A model generated the notes under the pieces. It made no database searches and was not told the origin of the DNA. It saw nothing but the letters and a program-made list of their open reading frames with translations. A stretch of DNA of 60,032 nt, filler included, from Squatina squatina (lineage: Eukaryota): assembly GCA_031763465.1 (NCBI GenBank). It is 3 parts of 3 records of this genome, joined end to end, with 100 filler letters (N's around TTAATTAATTAA, not from the genome) between each part and the next. Parts side by side here need not be neighbours in the genome. Positions count along the whole stretch, not along the records: positions 1 to 12,295 come from JARFOE010000233.1; 2 more parts are not named here. One strand, given 5' to 3'. Shown here piece by piece: positions 1 to 11,169 of the stretch (within the stretch, counting starts at the first letter, position 1; each line of letters opens with the position of its first letter). Made by a program: the position numbers and the translations under genes.

Positions 1-342
1 AGTTGGGGAGGAGGCTCCCAACAGTGCGGTGAGCACCGTGTTGACGGTGCTGTCGTTTCTGACCAGGTCGAATCGTTGGCTCCTCTCGTCGTACAGGACG
101 AGGGCGGAGTAGAAGCCAGCTTGAAGCCGGCTGCGGGGCTCCTCGGCCGGGATGATGTGCTGCAGACTGACGGAGCCTTTGGCTCTGCGTTTGACGATGG
201 TGTTGCAGCGGACGTTGAGTGAGCCGCTGATGTGACAGGCACTGTAAGCCAGGAACGATCTGCAGTCCAGAATCAGGCATTTCCGCCCGACCTGCCTCAA
301 GAACCGCTTCACCTGGCTGCACTCAACATCCGACACCTCCAT
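1..342 (-). CDS. DUSP4: Dual-specificity MAP kinase phosphatase (DUSP4/DUSP1 subgroup), first coding exon, rhodanese/KIM domain; runs off the window edge
   Basis: Manual translation: MEVSDVECSQVKRFLRQVGRKCLILDCRSFLAYSACHISGSLNVRCNTIVKRRAKGSVSLQHIIPAEEPRSRLQAGFYSALVLYDERSQRFDLVRNDSTVNTVLTALLGASSPT. LDCRSF, NVRCNTIVxRRAKGSVSL and YDERS match DUSP4/DUSP1. Exact paralog uncertain. Not in the ORF track because there is no stop in the window. Confidence 0.85.
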   Translation of the reverse strand, partial: MEVSDVECSQVKRFLRQVGRKCLILDCRSFLAYSACHISGSLNVRCNTIVKRRAKGSVSLQHIIPAEEPRSRLQAGFYSALVLYDERSQRFDLVRNDSTVNTVLTALLGASSPT

Positions 343-469
343 CTTCACCAGACCCCCGCGATCCGCATCTGGCTGCTGGCTTTGGTTTGTACAGAAATAA
401 AACACAACCAGCGCCCGTATCACGGACTCCAACACTGCTGTGGATTCCCAGGGGAGCGCTGGCCACTCC

Positions 470-540
470 TTCCCCTTTTATGCACTCATCTTATGAATGG
501 AGCACGGCTTCCTAGCCATGTATGGACAATGACGTGTCCA
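470..540 (-). promoter_or_regulatory. Proximal promoter of the DUSP gene: TATA-like CATAAAAG and CRE-like TGACGT
   Basis: Minus-strand CATAAAAG at about 476-483 and TGACGT at 530-535, roughly 140-190 bp upstream of the ATG. Immediate-early MKP genes are CRE-regulated. Confidence 0.5.
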
Positions 541-619
541 TCACGGGGTAGCTCCATACTGGGCACAGGGTCAACTGTTACTCTAACACAGCTCTGTATA
601 AACACAGAGATCTAAAGTC

Positions 620-874
620 AGTATATACACACATAGAGACACACACAGATACACACTCAGGTATACACATACATAGAGATACATACACCCAGATATACAC
701 TCAGGTATACACACACATATAGATGCACGCACAGATACCTAGGTATACACACAGAGATACAGACACACAGATACACACTCAGGTATATGCACACAGAGAG
801 ATACACACACACACGGATTCACACTCAGGTATATACATACAGAGGTACACACACACAGATACACACTCAGGTAT
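620..874. repeat. CA/GA-rich minisatellite, unit about 42 bp
   Basis: (C/T)AGGTAT recurs at about 658, 702, 740, 780, 826 and 868, with ACACACAGATACACACT between; truncated by a gap. Confidence 0.9.
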
Positions 875-2929
875 NNNNNNNNNNNNNNNNNNNNNNNNNN
901 NNNNNNNNNNNNNNNNNNNNNNNNNNNNNNNNNNNNNNNNNNNNNNNNNNNNNNNNNNNNNNNNNNNNNNNNNNCAGTAGACTTAAAAAGGGCCTTCTTC
1001 ATCCAGATCTGCTTTCTGACATACAATGTTGGGGAAACTGCTCCGGCTTTGGTCACATAGATTATGATGAGATCTGGGTCCCTTGAGGTGTGGCTACCTC
1101 ATAAGGCACTCCAACCTATGTGTACCTTGCGTGGTAGATTTTATGAGTTAATGCTGCCATTTTGGAGCTTTGCATGTTAGGCGGACAACTCTCCCTCCAT
1201 TCTGATCTCCATGCCCAGCTTCCTGATATGCACTTCATCTCCACGAAACCCCGTGTCCCCCACATAAATATTACAAGATTGATATTTTCATGTTCTACTA
1301 CAAATGTCACTTAGTCTCCTTGCTGTCTGTCATGTCTTTCCTACTTAACATTTCTGCTTCATTGTGGTAACCATGCAAGTAAACATACATTACCTCATGG
1401 CTCGTTGAAGAATGACAAGTTTAATGCCAAGCCAAGTAACTGATAATGAATAGTATTTAATTAGAGTTGGCAACCAGGCTGTAGTTAATCAAAAGACCAG
1501 CAAATGACTTGTTTGCCTCTGGGACACAGCTTTAAATCCCTACACATAACAGAGTGAACTGATCAATACAGTAATGACTTTGCGGATTGACTGGCCTGGT
1601 TTCACTACAATAGGAAATCAATATTTCATCATTGCCAGTTTTAAAAAAATGTCCCAGATGTGACATGGTGGCATGAAAAACAACTGTCTTGCTGCATCTT
1701 TTCTTTATTTTGTGAGAGATGCAATTTATCCTTTAAAAGAATCTTCACTCCAAAATTCTTAGCACATTCACCTTTTAAGGATGTTTCCACAGACACAACC
1801 AAATGCAACAATTGTCAAAAGAGCTTGTTATCCCAAAGTATGGGTGAGCATTGTCAGTTTTAACCTTGACTTCTAACGTGTGTAGAGTCTAATATTAAAT
1901 GTCTCAGCTGAGGGCTCTCAGTGGGTTTTACTGTCCTTGTACTCTGACAGCTCTTTGTTTACATATGTCACCCCTGTCCTCTTCCATATCCTTGTATACA
2001 CAAGCATTGTTCAAACACCAGATAAAACCAATCATGAATGATTTTCACTGAACATATTGAAGACTCACAGAGGTTTCAAGTTTAAAGTAGTTGTTTTGGA
2101 TGGATTGGAACATGCCTTCAGCGTCCAAGCTGCAGCCTTTGGGTCATATGCTTCCAACAAGTGTGAGCAATCCAATCCTATTTGATCTTACCCTTCTGAC
2201 TCTGCCCTGAATTCTGTGGGGCTGGAGGTCTGGAAAGGGCTGTTCCGTGCACTTTTGCCTCATTGGTGGATAAATCCCAAATCGGAATAAGAGATCTGTT
2301 AGCGTCAGCAACTGGAGATAGCTGGGTATTAATGGGAACACAGTCCGAAGCTTAACAGCCTAGAGTTTGCTTGGTTGTGCCCCATTTTTGATTTCAGTGG
2401 TGTGTAAGTTAGGAGGGTTCCACAACCACCCAGCGATCCACTCAGCCAGATAACCGTCCCAACAGTGAAGGTGCAAAATACTACCAATCCTCATCTGGGA
2501 GAAACAGAGAGTACTTTGAATAGTAAATCTGGCCAGTCAGTCTCCTCCATTGAGATAGCAAATTGAACACCCAATTTAATTTTAAACACCTCTCTCTCCC
2601 TCTCCATTCTTTCGCCTTCTTACACAAACAACTCTGCTCTTTTCGCTCCCCTTCTCTCTTTGCCTATTCCTATCTCTGCGGTCAGTGATTGTTACAGGTT
2701 TCAAAATGCAACCTAATAAAACAGCCTTAGAACATGTAGTGTTAAAGCTATGCANNNNNNNNNNNNNNNNNNNNNNNNNNNNNNNNNNNNNNNNNNNNNN
2801 NNNNNNNNNNNNNNNNNNNNNNNNNNNNNNNNNNNNNNNNNNNNNNNNNNNNNNTGAGTGTTGCTGATTTTGTGTGTCTTATCGACAAAACTTAAAAATG
2901 CAAGTCTCAGTTTCTTTCTTCTGAAGAAA

Positions 2930-3262
2930 TGTTTTTACATTTATATAGCACCTATCTATACATTTCTGTAACAAGTTAGCAACCAATTCATCTGTTTTTC
3001 ATGGTGCTGACTGAGGGATAAATGCTGGCTAGGACATAAGGAAAACTACTGTGTTCTTTGTCTAAATAGTGCGGTGGGATCTTTTATATCCACCAGGTCA
3101 CGTGGTCAAGGCTTTGGTTTACCGTATCTGAAAAACAGCAATTCCGACAACACAGCACTTCCTCAGTACTGCACTAGGCTGTCAGCTAGATTATGTGCTC
3201 ATGCCTCGAGTGGGGCTTGAACCACAACCTTCTGACTCACGGGTGAGTGCGCTCCCATTGAA
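2930..3262 (-). mobile_element. SacSINE1-like (Deu-domain, tRNA-derived) SINE
   Basis: Reverse complement matches the copies at 19890 and 31860 (head GGTTCAAGCCCCACTC, core CAGTACTGAGG..GTGCTG, tail GCTATATAAATG). Confidence 0.75.
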
Positions 3263-3544
3263 CTAAAGTCGGCAGCTGTTCGTTCAAGTCTAAAATGAAG
3301 TCATATGTTGAGGTTTTGCATCTTTTCCAAAATGGAAGAAAGTTCCTGTGAAAGCACAGGATAGATATAATCGATTTACAGAAAGGTTTTTGGCTTGTTT
3401 CCTTTGCTCGCCATCAGAACTTTACGTAGATATTAGGGCTACTGAAGTGCTCCCAAGACTGTAGGATGTGAAGACTTGGCTAATGAGAAAATTCTAAAAT
3501 TGACGACTGCTTAAACACCCTGAGTATATCCATGGGTGTTGGTA

Positions 3545-3961
3545 TCCCTGCTGACCTACATTGGTTCCCAGTTAAGCCAGGTCCCTATTTAAAATTTCTC
3601 ATCCTCATTTTCAAATCTCTCCATGGCCTTGCCCCTCTATCTCTAATCTCCTCCAGCCCTATAATCTCCGTAGATGTCTGCGCTCCGCCTATTCTGGCCT
3701 TTTGAATATCTCCGATTTTAAATGCTCCACCGTTAGCATGCCTTCAGCTGCCTAGGTCCTAAGCTCTAGAATTCCCTCCCTAAGTCTCTCCGCCTCTCCA
3801 TTTTTCTTTCCTCCTTTAAGATGCCCCTTAAAGCCAACCTCTTTGACCAAGCTTCTGGTCACCTGCCGTAACATCTCCTGTATGGCTCTCTCTTTAGATA
3901 ACACTCCTGTGAAGTGCCTTGGGACATTTGGTTACGTTAAAGGTGCTATAAGTTGTTGTTA
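3545..3961 (+). mobile_element. L2 LINE 3' fragment
   Basis: CTGACCTACATTGG..AAAATTCTCATCC..CCATGGCCT, ending in a (GTT)n tail; same as copies at 13785 and 42833. Confidence 0.8.
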
Positions 3962-6033
3962 TTTCAGCTTTCAACACAAGTAAAGAAATGAGCTAACATC
4001 GTTTGTGCAGTTTAAATAAAACTATTTGCATTATGAAGTTTGGCAATTACACGCTGCAGGCTAGTTGGGTCATGTGACGATGTCGGCGAGTTAATCAGCC
4101 TGTGTTCTGGACATTTAGATTGACTGCCCTGAATTGCTAATTCCATTCAGACTGAACCAAGACAGCTATTAGCTGGAGGCTGGACTTTCTGTATTTGATT
4201 TCCACCGCTGGTAAACAGGAAGCTCATGCCAGCTGTGATAATGGAATTATCCAGTGCCCCTCAGCACTTTATTCGCTCCCCATCAGACAGGCTTTCTGAA
4301 CACAGCAGGACTGGCGACATAGCTTGGAATATCCCCATTTCACTGCGATCATTCGGGTTTCTTCCAAATGCAATTAGGATGGGATTTTGATTATAAATAT
4401 TTCCTGTTAGCTTCAATCTGCATCATGAATGAATACAGCCTGTTTTACATTTGAGAGGAGACCTCAGCTCTATATATTTTTTGTTGCATCAAATGTTAGT
4501 TCAACAATCACAAATCCACATCTCAATCTTTGATTTTGTATTGCACGTCCTATTGTAACTTTCTAACATCAGTGCTATGCCATTGTAAATGTGGAAGCTG
4601 AACCAAGCTTGCAGATGATACTGAAGAGTAGCACAGATAAATAAAGTATCAAGTCTGTGTTTAGTTTAGGGTTAACTACATAGTACGTCAGTTAACTATA
4701 AAAAAGTACCACTAATTAAAAGAAATGTATTAAACAGCAGAAGTGACAGTAGAGTTACACATGGAAATGTTGAACTATACGCTCTTCAGAATACTATTTC
4801 CCAACAGGAAATGCCAAATATGTTTAGAAAATTTTCCTCTCTTTTAAAAAGCAATGAGATGACTAATGAGGTGATTTCTTCAGACATAGACCAGGGAGGC
4901 TGTTCCTGATATGGAGGTATCACGTCCTGAGTGCATTCTACAGGCTTGTGTAGTGCATCAGTGATGTTAGTGGTGATCCAAAATGTGAAGGGAAACAGGC
5001 ACCTTCAGCTGCATGGAAGATCTTGCAACTGTTTCACACACCTGGCAGGACACAACAGTGCACGTTTTAAATATATTCTCCCACAGCGCAGAACAACTCA
5101 TTGAAAAGACCAGGTGGTGTGCAGTTTTATGCAGGTAGTGTTGGATCATAGCCACACCGACCTCAGTGGTTTCTATGGGCCTACACGTATGTGTCCACAA
5201 CACAAGATAATGACAGGACATCATATGTTCCACGCATATGTGTGTGCAGGCGGCAGTTGGTAAACCATGCTTATCATCACAGCAGCACGTATGTGAATTA
5301 TTCTGCCTAAGTCTTTCAGGATATTAAAATCAACGTAAGATCCGGTGTAATTTATAATCAAGTCAGAATCATGTATTTGTTTGTCATATCATCAAAAAAC
5401 ATTATCATCAAANNNNNNNNNNNNNNNNNNNNNNNNNNNNNNNNNNNNNNNNNNNNNNNNNNNNNNNNNNNNNNNNNNNNNNNNNNNNNNNNNNNNNNNN
5501 NNNNNNNNNNNNGACTCATTTTAAGTGGGGAGGCTATTTGAAAGGATCACAGAGTTATCTGTAATATATACGGTTACAATTTTTCTCGAGTAAAATTACA
5601 TTTACCATTCATTTAATCATTCAAGACAGATATTCTTATTTTATAATATCAAGCTACTACATTACTATATGCTTATGACTTTGTGTTGTGGTTCTATCAG
5701 TCGCTACAATATATCTTAGCATTTACATAAAATGTCCATTCGCTGAGCTGTTGCATAAAGAGTTTCACCAAGGTCATGATATAAATAGTGCATAAGTGGG
5801 GCTAATTGCACTTAGACGCTGTCTCATTACACTGATTGCCTAGGTTGACTGGCATCAGAGCACCTTTGTTGGAACATCTGGCATCCTGTTTACATCCTGT
5901 GGATTAAAACAATCTCTTCCTGTTCCATTAGTAGAGTCTGTGTCATCCTGAAAACTCCACCACTGACATTAGACACACTGCAGTTTTATTGATGACATGT
6001 TAACAACAACAACTTGTTATTTATATAACAACC

Positions 6034-6145
6034 GGTAGCTTAGCGATTATGTTACTGAACTAGTAATCCAGAAGCCTGGACAAAAATCCGCAGACTTGAG
6101 TTCAAATCCCACCATTTAAATTCAGTTAAATAAATCTGGAATTTG
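6034..6145 (+). mobile_element. 5' part of a second tRNA-derived shark SINE
   Basis: CTAGTAATCCAGA..GAGTTCAAATCCCACC B-box-like head; reverse copy at about 32900-33040. Confidence 0.55.
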
Positions 6146-6624
6146 AAAAAAATATATAAAATTCATCTCCTTTTGNNNNNNNNNNNNNNNNNNNNNNNNN
6201 NNNNNNNNNNNNNNNNNNNNNNNNNNNNNNNNNNNNNNNNNNNNNNNNNNNNNNNNNNNNNNNNNNNNNNNNNNNCAAAGTTGGGAAATGACCCCTTCGA
6301 TGTCATTGCCATATTTGGTTTAAAAGACTCACTACTGACTCTGAAGTTACAAGGTTCAAACTATTTTAATAAAGATATTTTCTACAGTAAAATGAAGACA
6401 CTAGATATATTTTCTTACTCAGTCCTTCAAAGGCAAAAACAAAACAGTTGTGCACATTTGATGCATATGCGAGTACAATACTGATAAAATCACACGCTGA
6501 ATTATGACACAATTTCATCCCACTGTGGTAGTGAAGTTATCAGATTTGCACTCTTGTACACACAGATCATTGACTGATGATGTGTTGAACTATCAGTGAT
6601 TTTGACATCAGTTGATCGAAAGCA

Positions 6625-6765
6625 CTATGTTTTGCAGGTACATGATGTGAACTTAATTTTGGGGTCTTCAGTGGGCCGGGAGACAGGGAGCCATTTGTAT
6701 TCCAGACTTTGATTGGGAGGGTCCAAATCCCAGCAGTAATGATTGAGCAAATATCCAACAGCTGT
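6625..6765 (-). CDS. Terminal exon of a cytochrome P450 (CYP26/CYP120-like, possibly CYP16 family)
   Basis: Acceptor ttttctattttattttgaag, then TAVGYLLNHYCWDLDPPNQSLEYKWLPVSRPTEDPKIKFTSCTCKT*. The LLxxYxW...YKWLPVSRP pattern fits a post-heme P450 C-terminus. Confidence 0.7.
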   Translation of the reverse strand, partial: TAVGYLLNHYCWDLDPPNQSLEYKWLPVSRPTEDPKIKFTSCTCKT

Positions 6766-6847
6766 CTTCAAAATAAAATAGAAAAGCACATGAGACATTT
6801 CAATCATAGGAAAGAAGAATTAAGTAATAAAATAAACAGGGGTGAAT

Positions 6848-7137
6848 TTAAGCCCTCCCAGAGACTTTGTGCAATGGAGAGCACATACAAGGGTAATTTC
6901 ACAGAGTCACAGTTGAAAAAAGCACAGGTTACAAATTGGGTAACTCTCTCCCCAAAAGGCTGTGGATTATGGGCCAAATGAACCTCTCAAGGCTGAGATT
7001 GATAAATTTTTGTTTGGTAAGGGTATCGAGATATGGAGAAAAGGCGGGTTCATGGGGTTGAGGTACAGATCAGCCATGATCTGATTGAATGGTGGAACAG
7101 GTTCAAGGTGCTGAATCGCCTACTCCTGTTCCTATGG
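6848..7137 (+). mobile_element. CR1 (HER1-like) LINE 3' end
   Basis: GATCAGCCATGATCTGATTGAATGG..CCTACTCCTGTTCCTATG tail. Confidence 0.8.
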
Positions 7138-8221
7138 GTTTAATAATGTAGCACTGACTTGCTCCCTTCAAGCCCAGCTCCCTGCTGGCAGTGTGCGATC
7201 AATGGCTTTATCGTATAGGGAATTCAGCCATATAGGTCTGTATGCCTGATACCCAATCCACATGAATTTCCGGCCAGTGCTGATCTCTGTGTCCGAATTC
7301 CTGATCAGCAGTTCTGTTACATGAAGCTCAGTGAATAAATCATAAAATGTACTTCAAGAAAATAACGTGTCAGCCTAGGACTGCAGCCTTCAGTACTGAC
7401 ACACGGGACTTGCTAGGACCACAGACCAACGCATCAGAAGCCTGCTCCATGGTATGCTGCGTGCACTCCAATGTGGATAGGAAGTGTGTAGCACACAAGG
7501 CTCATTAGGCCATGGGTTCCATTTAAGTTTGGGGTTCTCGCCATAATGCAACTGGAATGCATGTCATCCTGGATGGCTCTCACTTTGTAGTAGGGCCACT
7601 CAGCATTTTTCAAATATTTCTTTGGTCTCCAATAGTCAATTTGCAGAAGGGGGCTTTTAAACTTGTGCTGCTTCAGTGGGGCAGCTAAGAGCCCTTGAAC
7701 GGCAGCTGGTGTGCAATATTCAGCCCCCAATCCCATATCACCCCAGCAAGTTTGGTGCTACACGCACAGAGCACCACAAATGTAGTTAAATAAGCTGATG
7801 TCATGTTCTCGTACAAGGTCAGCTAATTTGGATGCAGTCACATACAACACCTCACCAGCTCTGCACTGGAACCATAGGGTCAGCCCCACTGTGTTACTGA
7901 ANNNNNNNNNNNNNNNNNNNNNNNNNNNNNNNNNNNNNNNNNNNNNNNNNNNNNNNNNNNNNNNNNNNNNNNNNNNNNNNNNNNNNNNNNNNNNNNNNNN
8001 NATTCATGTCATGCAAAATGTTAAAAATTTCAGTTCACAAAAGATGTGAGTTTGCATATCGAAATTTTCTTTTGCTGTGTTGAGAGAGAGCCCAAATTGT
8101 AATAGTGCACTGCTGCTGATTGGACCTAAAAGGGAAAGAAAAATAACCAAAAAAGAGAAAACAGAAAGCAGATAGTGAGATAAAAATGTCCTATTTATCC
8201 TTCAATCGGCATCAGTAAAAC

Positions 8222-8385
8222 AGACGATATTGTAAATTATTTCATTGCTGTTTGTGGGCCCTTGTTGTGCGCAAATTGGCTGCCGTGTTTCCTACATTAC
8301 AACACTGACTACACTTTGGCTGCAAAGCACTTTGGGGCATCATGAGGTCATGAAAGGCATTATATAAATGCAAATCCTTTCTTTC
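8222..8385 (+). mobile_element. SacSINE1-like SINE, 3' part
   Basis: ATTGCTGTTTGTGGG..CAAATTGGCTGCC..GAGGTCATGAAAGGC..TATATAAATGCAA. Confidence 0.75.
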
Positions 8386-8765
8386 TGTAATTTGGATTAA
8401 TGCTGAAGGTTAGCTATGTGCCATGCTTTCAGTGTAGGAAGCAAGTAATCTAGGAAAGGGTTAACTAGTCAAATGCTAGAAATCTAGGTAGAATTATATA
8501 TTTGAGCATGTGGCACTAGCGTCGAGTCACTGCTCTGTTGTTGAATTTGTAGCTGATGAAGCACAACCAAATTAATATTCATAAGCTCATGCAGATTAAT
8601 TCTGCTATGTTTGTGCAGTTGGCATTTTGCCTTTTTAATTAATTCTGTTGCAGTTCAGATGCATTAGCATTGCGCAGAAAGGAGAGTCTGCTGAGCAGGA
8701 TCGCTAGGCCTGCCACAGAAACAATCCCAATTTTCCTTCCATTATCTTAAATGGTAGAGAAATAT

Positions 8766-9440
8766 GGGGCTAGAAATTGATGGGCGCCACGCTGAAAACG
8801 TGCACGGTGTGGGAGCCGGCATTTCTCTCGCCAGCACTCGGCCTGCCCCTCCCGGAATTCAGCGATCCGGGGTGCCTGCGAGTCGTAGGTCGCTACTGGG
8901 GCAGCAGGCTTTGGACGCCGGTGTTGTGGCTTCAACGCCACATCATCAGCATCAGAAACGCCGCGTCAGCGCAGCACAGCCAGGCCTCCCTTAAAGGGCA
9001 GGGCTGCCGGCCATCGTGACAGTGCCCTGAGGTTGGACACTGGGATCCAGCTGAGGGCCACCATTTTCGACCGATGACGAAGTCGGCCAAAAAATAAAGA
9101 TTGCGGCCGGAGGCGCAGACGCCCTCCCCTTTAACAGGCCTGTTGCAGCGACAGGTTTTACTGTCGCTGCAACCGACCTGTGCTGCGGCCAGTTCCCGCG
9201 GGTGAATTTTGCCCGCAGGATGCAAACTAAGCGTCGAGGGCATTGCAGCTGTTTTGATGATGTCACGTGCAGACCAGCCACGAAATTCAGCTGGGCAGGC
9301 GAGAAGGCGTTTGCACGCCAGCTGAATTTCCCGGGAAGCAAGAGGGGCACCTCACAACGCCATTTTTTTTCTTTTTAATGTCCCATTAACACCCCTCTGA
9401 GGTGCTTCTGGGACATTACAGGAGCTCAATTTTGACCCCC
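8766..9440. mobile_element. GC-rich non-autonomous DNA transposon (PIF/Harbinger-like MITE)
   Basis: Imperfect terminal inverted repeats GGGGCTAGAAATTG ... CAATTTTGACCCC, CpG-rich interior; related ends at 18719-18856 and about 58990. Confidence 0.6.
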
Positions 9441-9599
9441 TAGTATCTGCATCAAACACGCCCAGGTCACTTGTAACATGAGTTAGATTCGGGGTAATCC
9501 TCCTCTACTCCACCCCCAGCAAAGAACAATAACCCAAATCTCCTGCTGCACCAGTTTGACATTCTTTCCGCTCTTGATTTCTAAGTGAGAGTGACGACT

Positions 9600-10437
9600 A
9601 ATGAGCACTAAATTTATTTAAATGATAAGAAACTAGGAACAGTAGAGGTCTAAGGAGATTAGGTGCCCCATATACACAGGTCATGAAAACGTTAGTAGCC
9701 AGATACAAAAAAATAATCAAAAAGGCAAATAGAATGTTAGCCTTCATAACTAGGGGGCTAGAATATAAACAGGAGGCAATTTTGTTACAGTTATACACAG
9801 CCCTGGTTAGACCACAAAGGTATACAGTTCCGGGCACCGTGCCCTCAAAAGGATTGATTGGCCTTGGAAGCAATGCAGCACAATTTCACTAGAATGTTAC
9901 CAGCGCTCCATGTGTTAAATTATGAGGAAAGATGACATAAACTAGGTTTGTATTCCCTGGAATATAGAAGGTTAAGAGGGGTGATTTGATTGAGATTTTT
10001 AGGATTTTGAAAGGAATTGATTGGATAGATAGAAACGTTTTCTGCTGGTGGGGGAGGTCTAGGNNNNNNNNNNNNNNNNNNNNNNNNNNNNNNNNNNNNN
10101 NNNNNNNNNNNNNNNNNNNNNNNNNNNNNNNNNNNNNNNNNNNNNNNNNNNNNNNNNNNNNNNAGCCATTTAGGACGGAGATGAGGAGAAATTTCGTCAC
10201 CCAGAGAGTGCTGAACCTGTGGAATTCTCTACCACAGAAGGCAGTTGAGGCCAACTCATTAAATATATTCAAGACGGAGTTAGATATAGTTCTTATGGCT
10301 AAAGAGATCAACGGATATGGGGAGAAAGCAGGGACAGGGTACTGAATTTCGATGATCAGCCATGATCACATTGAATGGCGGAGCAGGGTCGAAGGGCCGA
10401 ATGGCCTACTCCTGCTCCTATTTTCTACGTTTCTGTG
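9600..10437 (+). mobile_element. CR1 LINE ORF2 3' fragments (spanning a gap)
   Basis: KKANRMLAFITRGLEYK..LYTALVRP, FRTEMRRNF..RVLNLWNSLP and the HER1-type tail. Confidence 0.9.
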
Positions 10438-10486
10438 ATTTCATATAGTTGCCATCTTTTCCCATTCACCTGAATTGAAGCCTTAC

Positions 10487-10626
10487 CATGCCAGTGCTGC
10501 GTTGAAAGCTGTGTAATCTCTTTGGAGAGTGCTGCAGATTCCTCTGCATCAACATTAAGAAAAATTCCTAGCACCAGTTCTGTAGCCAAACGTTTGAACA
10601 GAGAGTAAACAGCAACAGGCTCACTG
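10487..10626 (-). CDS. Internal exon of the same cytochrome P450 (E/F-helix region)
   Basis: Branch/acceptor tctaactcttattctaccag, donor G|gtaagg, 140 nt open: SEPVAVYSLFKRLATELVLGIFLNVDAEESAALSKEITQLSTQHWH(G). Resembles the CYP26-like PVxVY..K.L...LG helix. Confidence 0.7.
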
Positions 10627-10885
10627 CTGGTAGAATAAGAGTTAGACATCAAAACTCAATAATAGGACAAGCAGTGTATTTAAAACATCTTGTGGTAGAA
10701 TAACTGGCAAAAACCAGTTTCACAGGATATCTGCCAATCTTCTGCTGGGAGACCGTGTGAAAATTCTGTCTTTGTGTGTTTTTTTNNNNNNNNNNNNNNN
10801 NNNNNNNNNNNNNNNNNNNNNNNNNNNNNNNNNNNNNNNNNNNNNNNNNNNNNNNNNNNNNNNNNNNNNNNNNNNNNNNNNNNNN

Positions 10886-11012
10886 TACTAAACGTCCCAC
10901 AGCGCTTCACAGGTGCGTAATCAGACAAGAATTTACACTGAGCCAAAGGAGGAGACATTAAGATAGGTGACAAAACGCTTGGTCAAAGGAGGTAGGTTTT
11001 AAGCAGCATCTT
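10886..11012 (-). mobile_element. L2 LINE 3' fragment
   Basis: Reverse complement of the L2 tail (CCTCCTTTGACCAAGC..GTGAAGCGC..GGGACGTTT). Confidence 0.65.
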
Positions 11013-11169
11013 AGCACAAGCTAGACACAGCGTGAAGCTCTCTGTGCACTGCCCCAACAATGAGCATAAGCCCTGGCTTCAGAAGAGCAGCCCCTGTGAC
11101 TTTTTTTGCATTTCCCTATTAACAGGTTTGCCAATTTACAGACAGTTTTGGGATGCAGACTCAGGACTA

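Noticed and set aside
232-615. 127-aa plus-strand ORF
   Set aside because: Antisense to DUSP exon 1 and its promoter; no recognisable protein.
620-874. Regularly spaced repeats as a possible CRISPR array
   Set aside because: Intervening sequences are variants of the same CA-rich unit, not unique spacers; eukaryotic context.
723-1086. His/Thr-rich ORFs
   Set aside because: Translation of the minisatellite plus an N gap.
2144-2341. Possible further exon with a minus-strand gtaag donor
   Set aside because: No frame matches P450 or DUSP; weak acceptor.
8747-9350. Overlapping GC-rich ORFs / CpG island
   Set aside because: Inside a MITE-like repeat with related copies elsewhere in the window.
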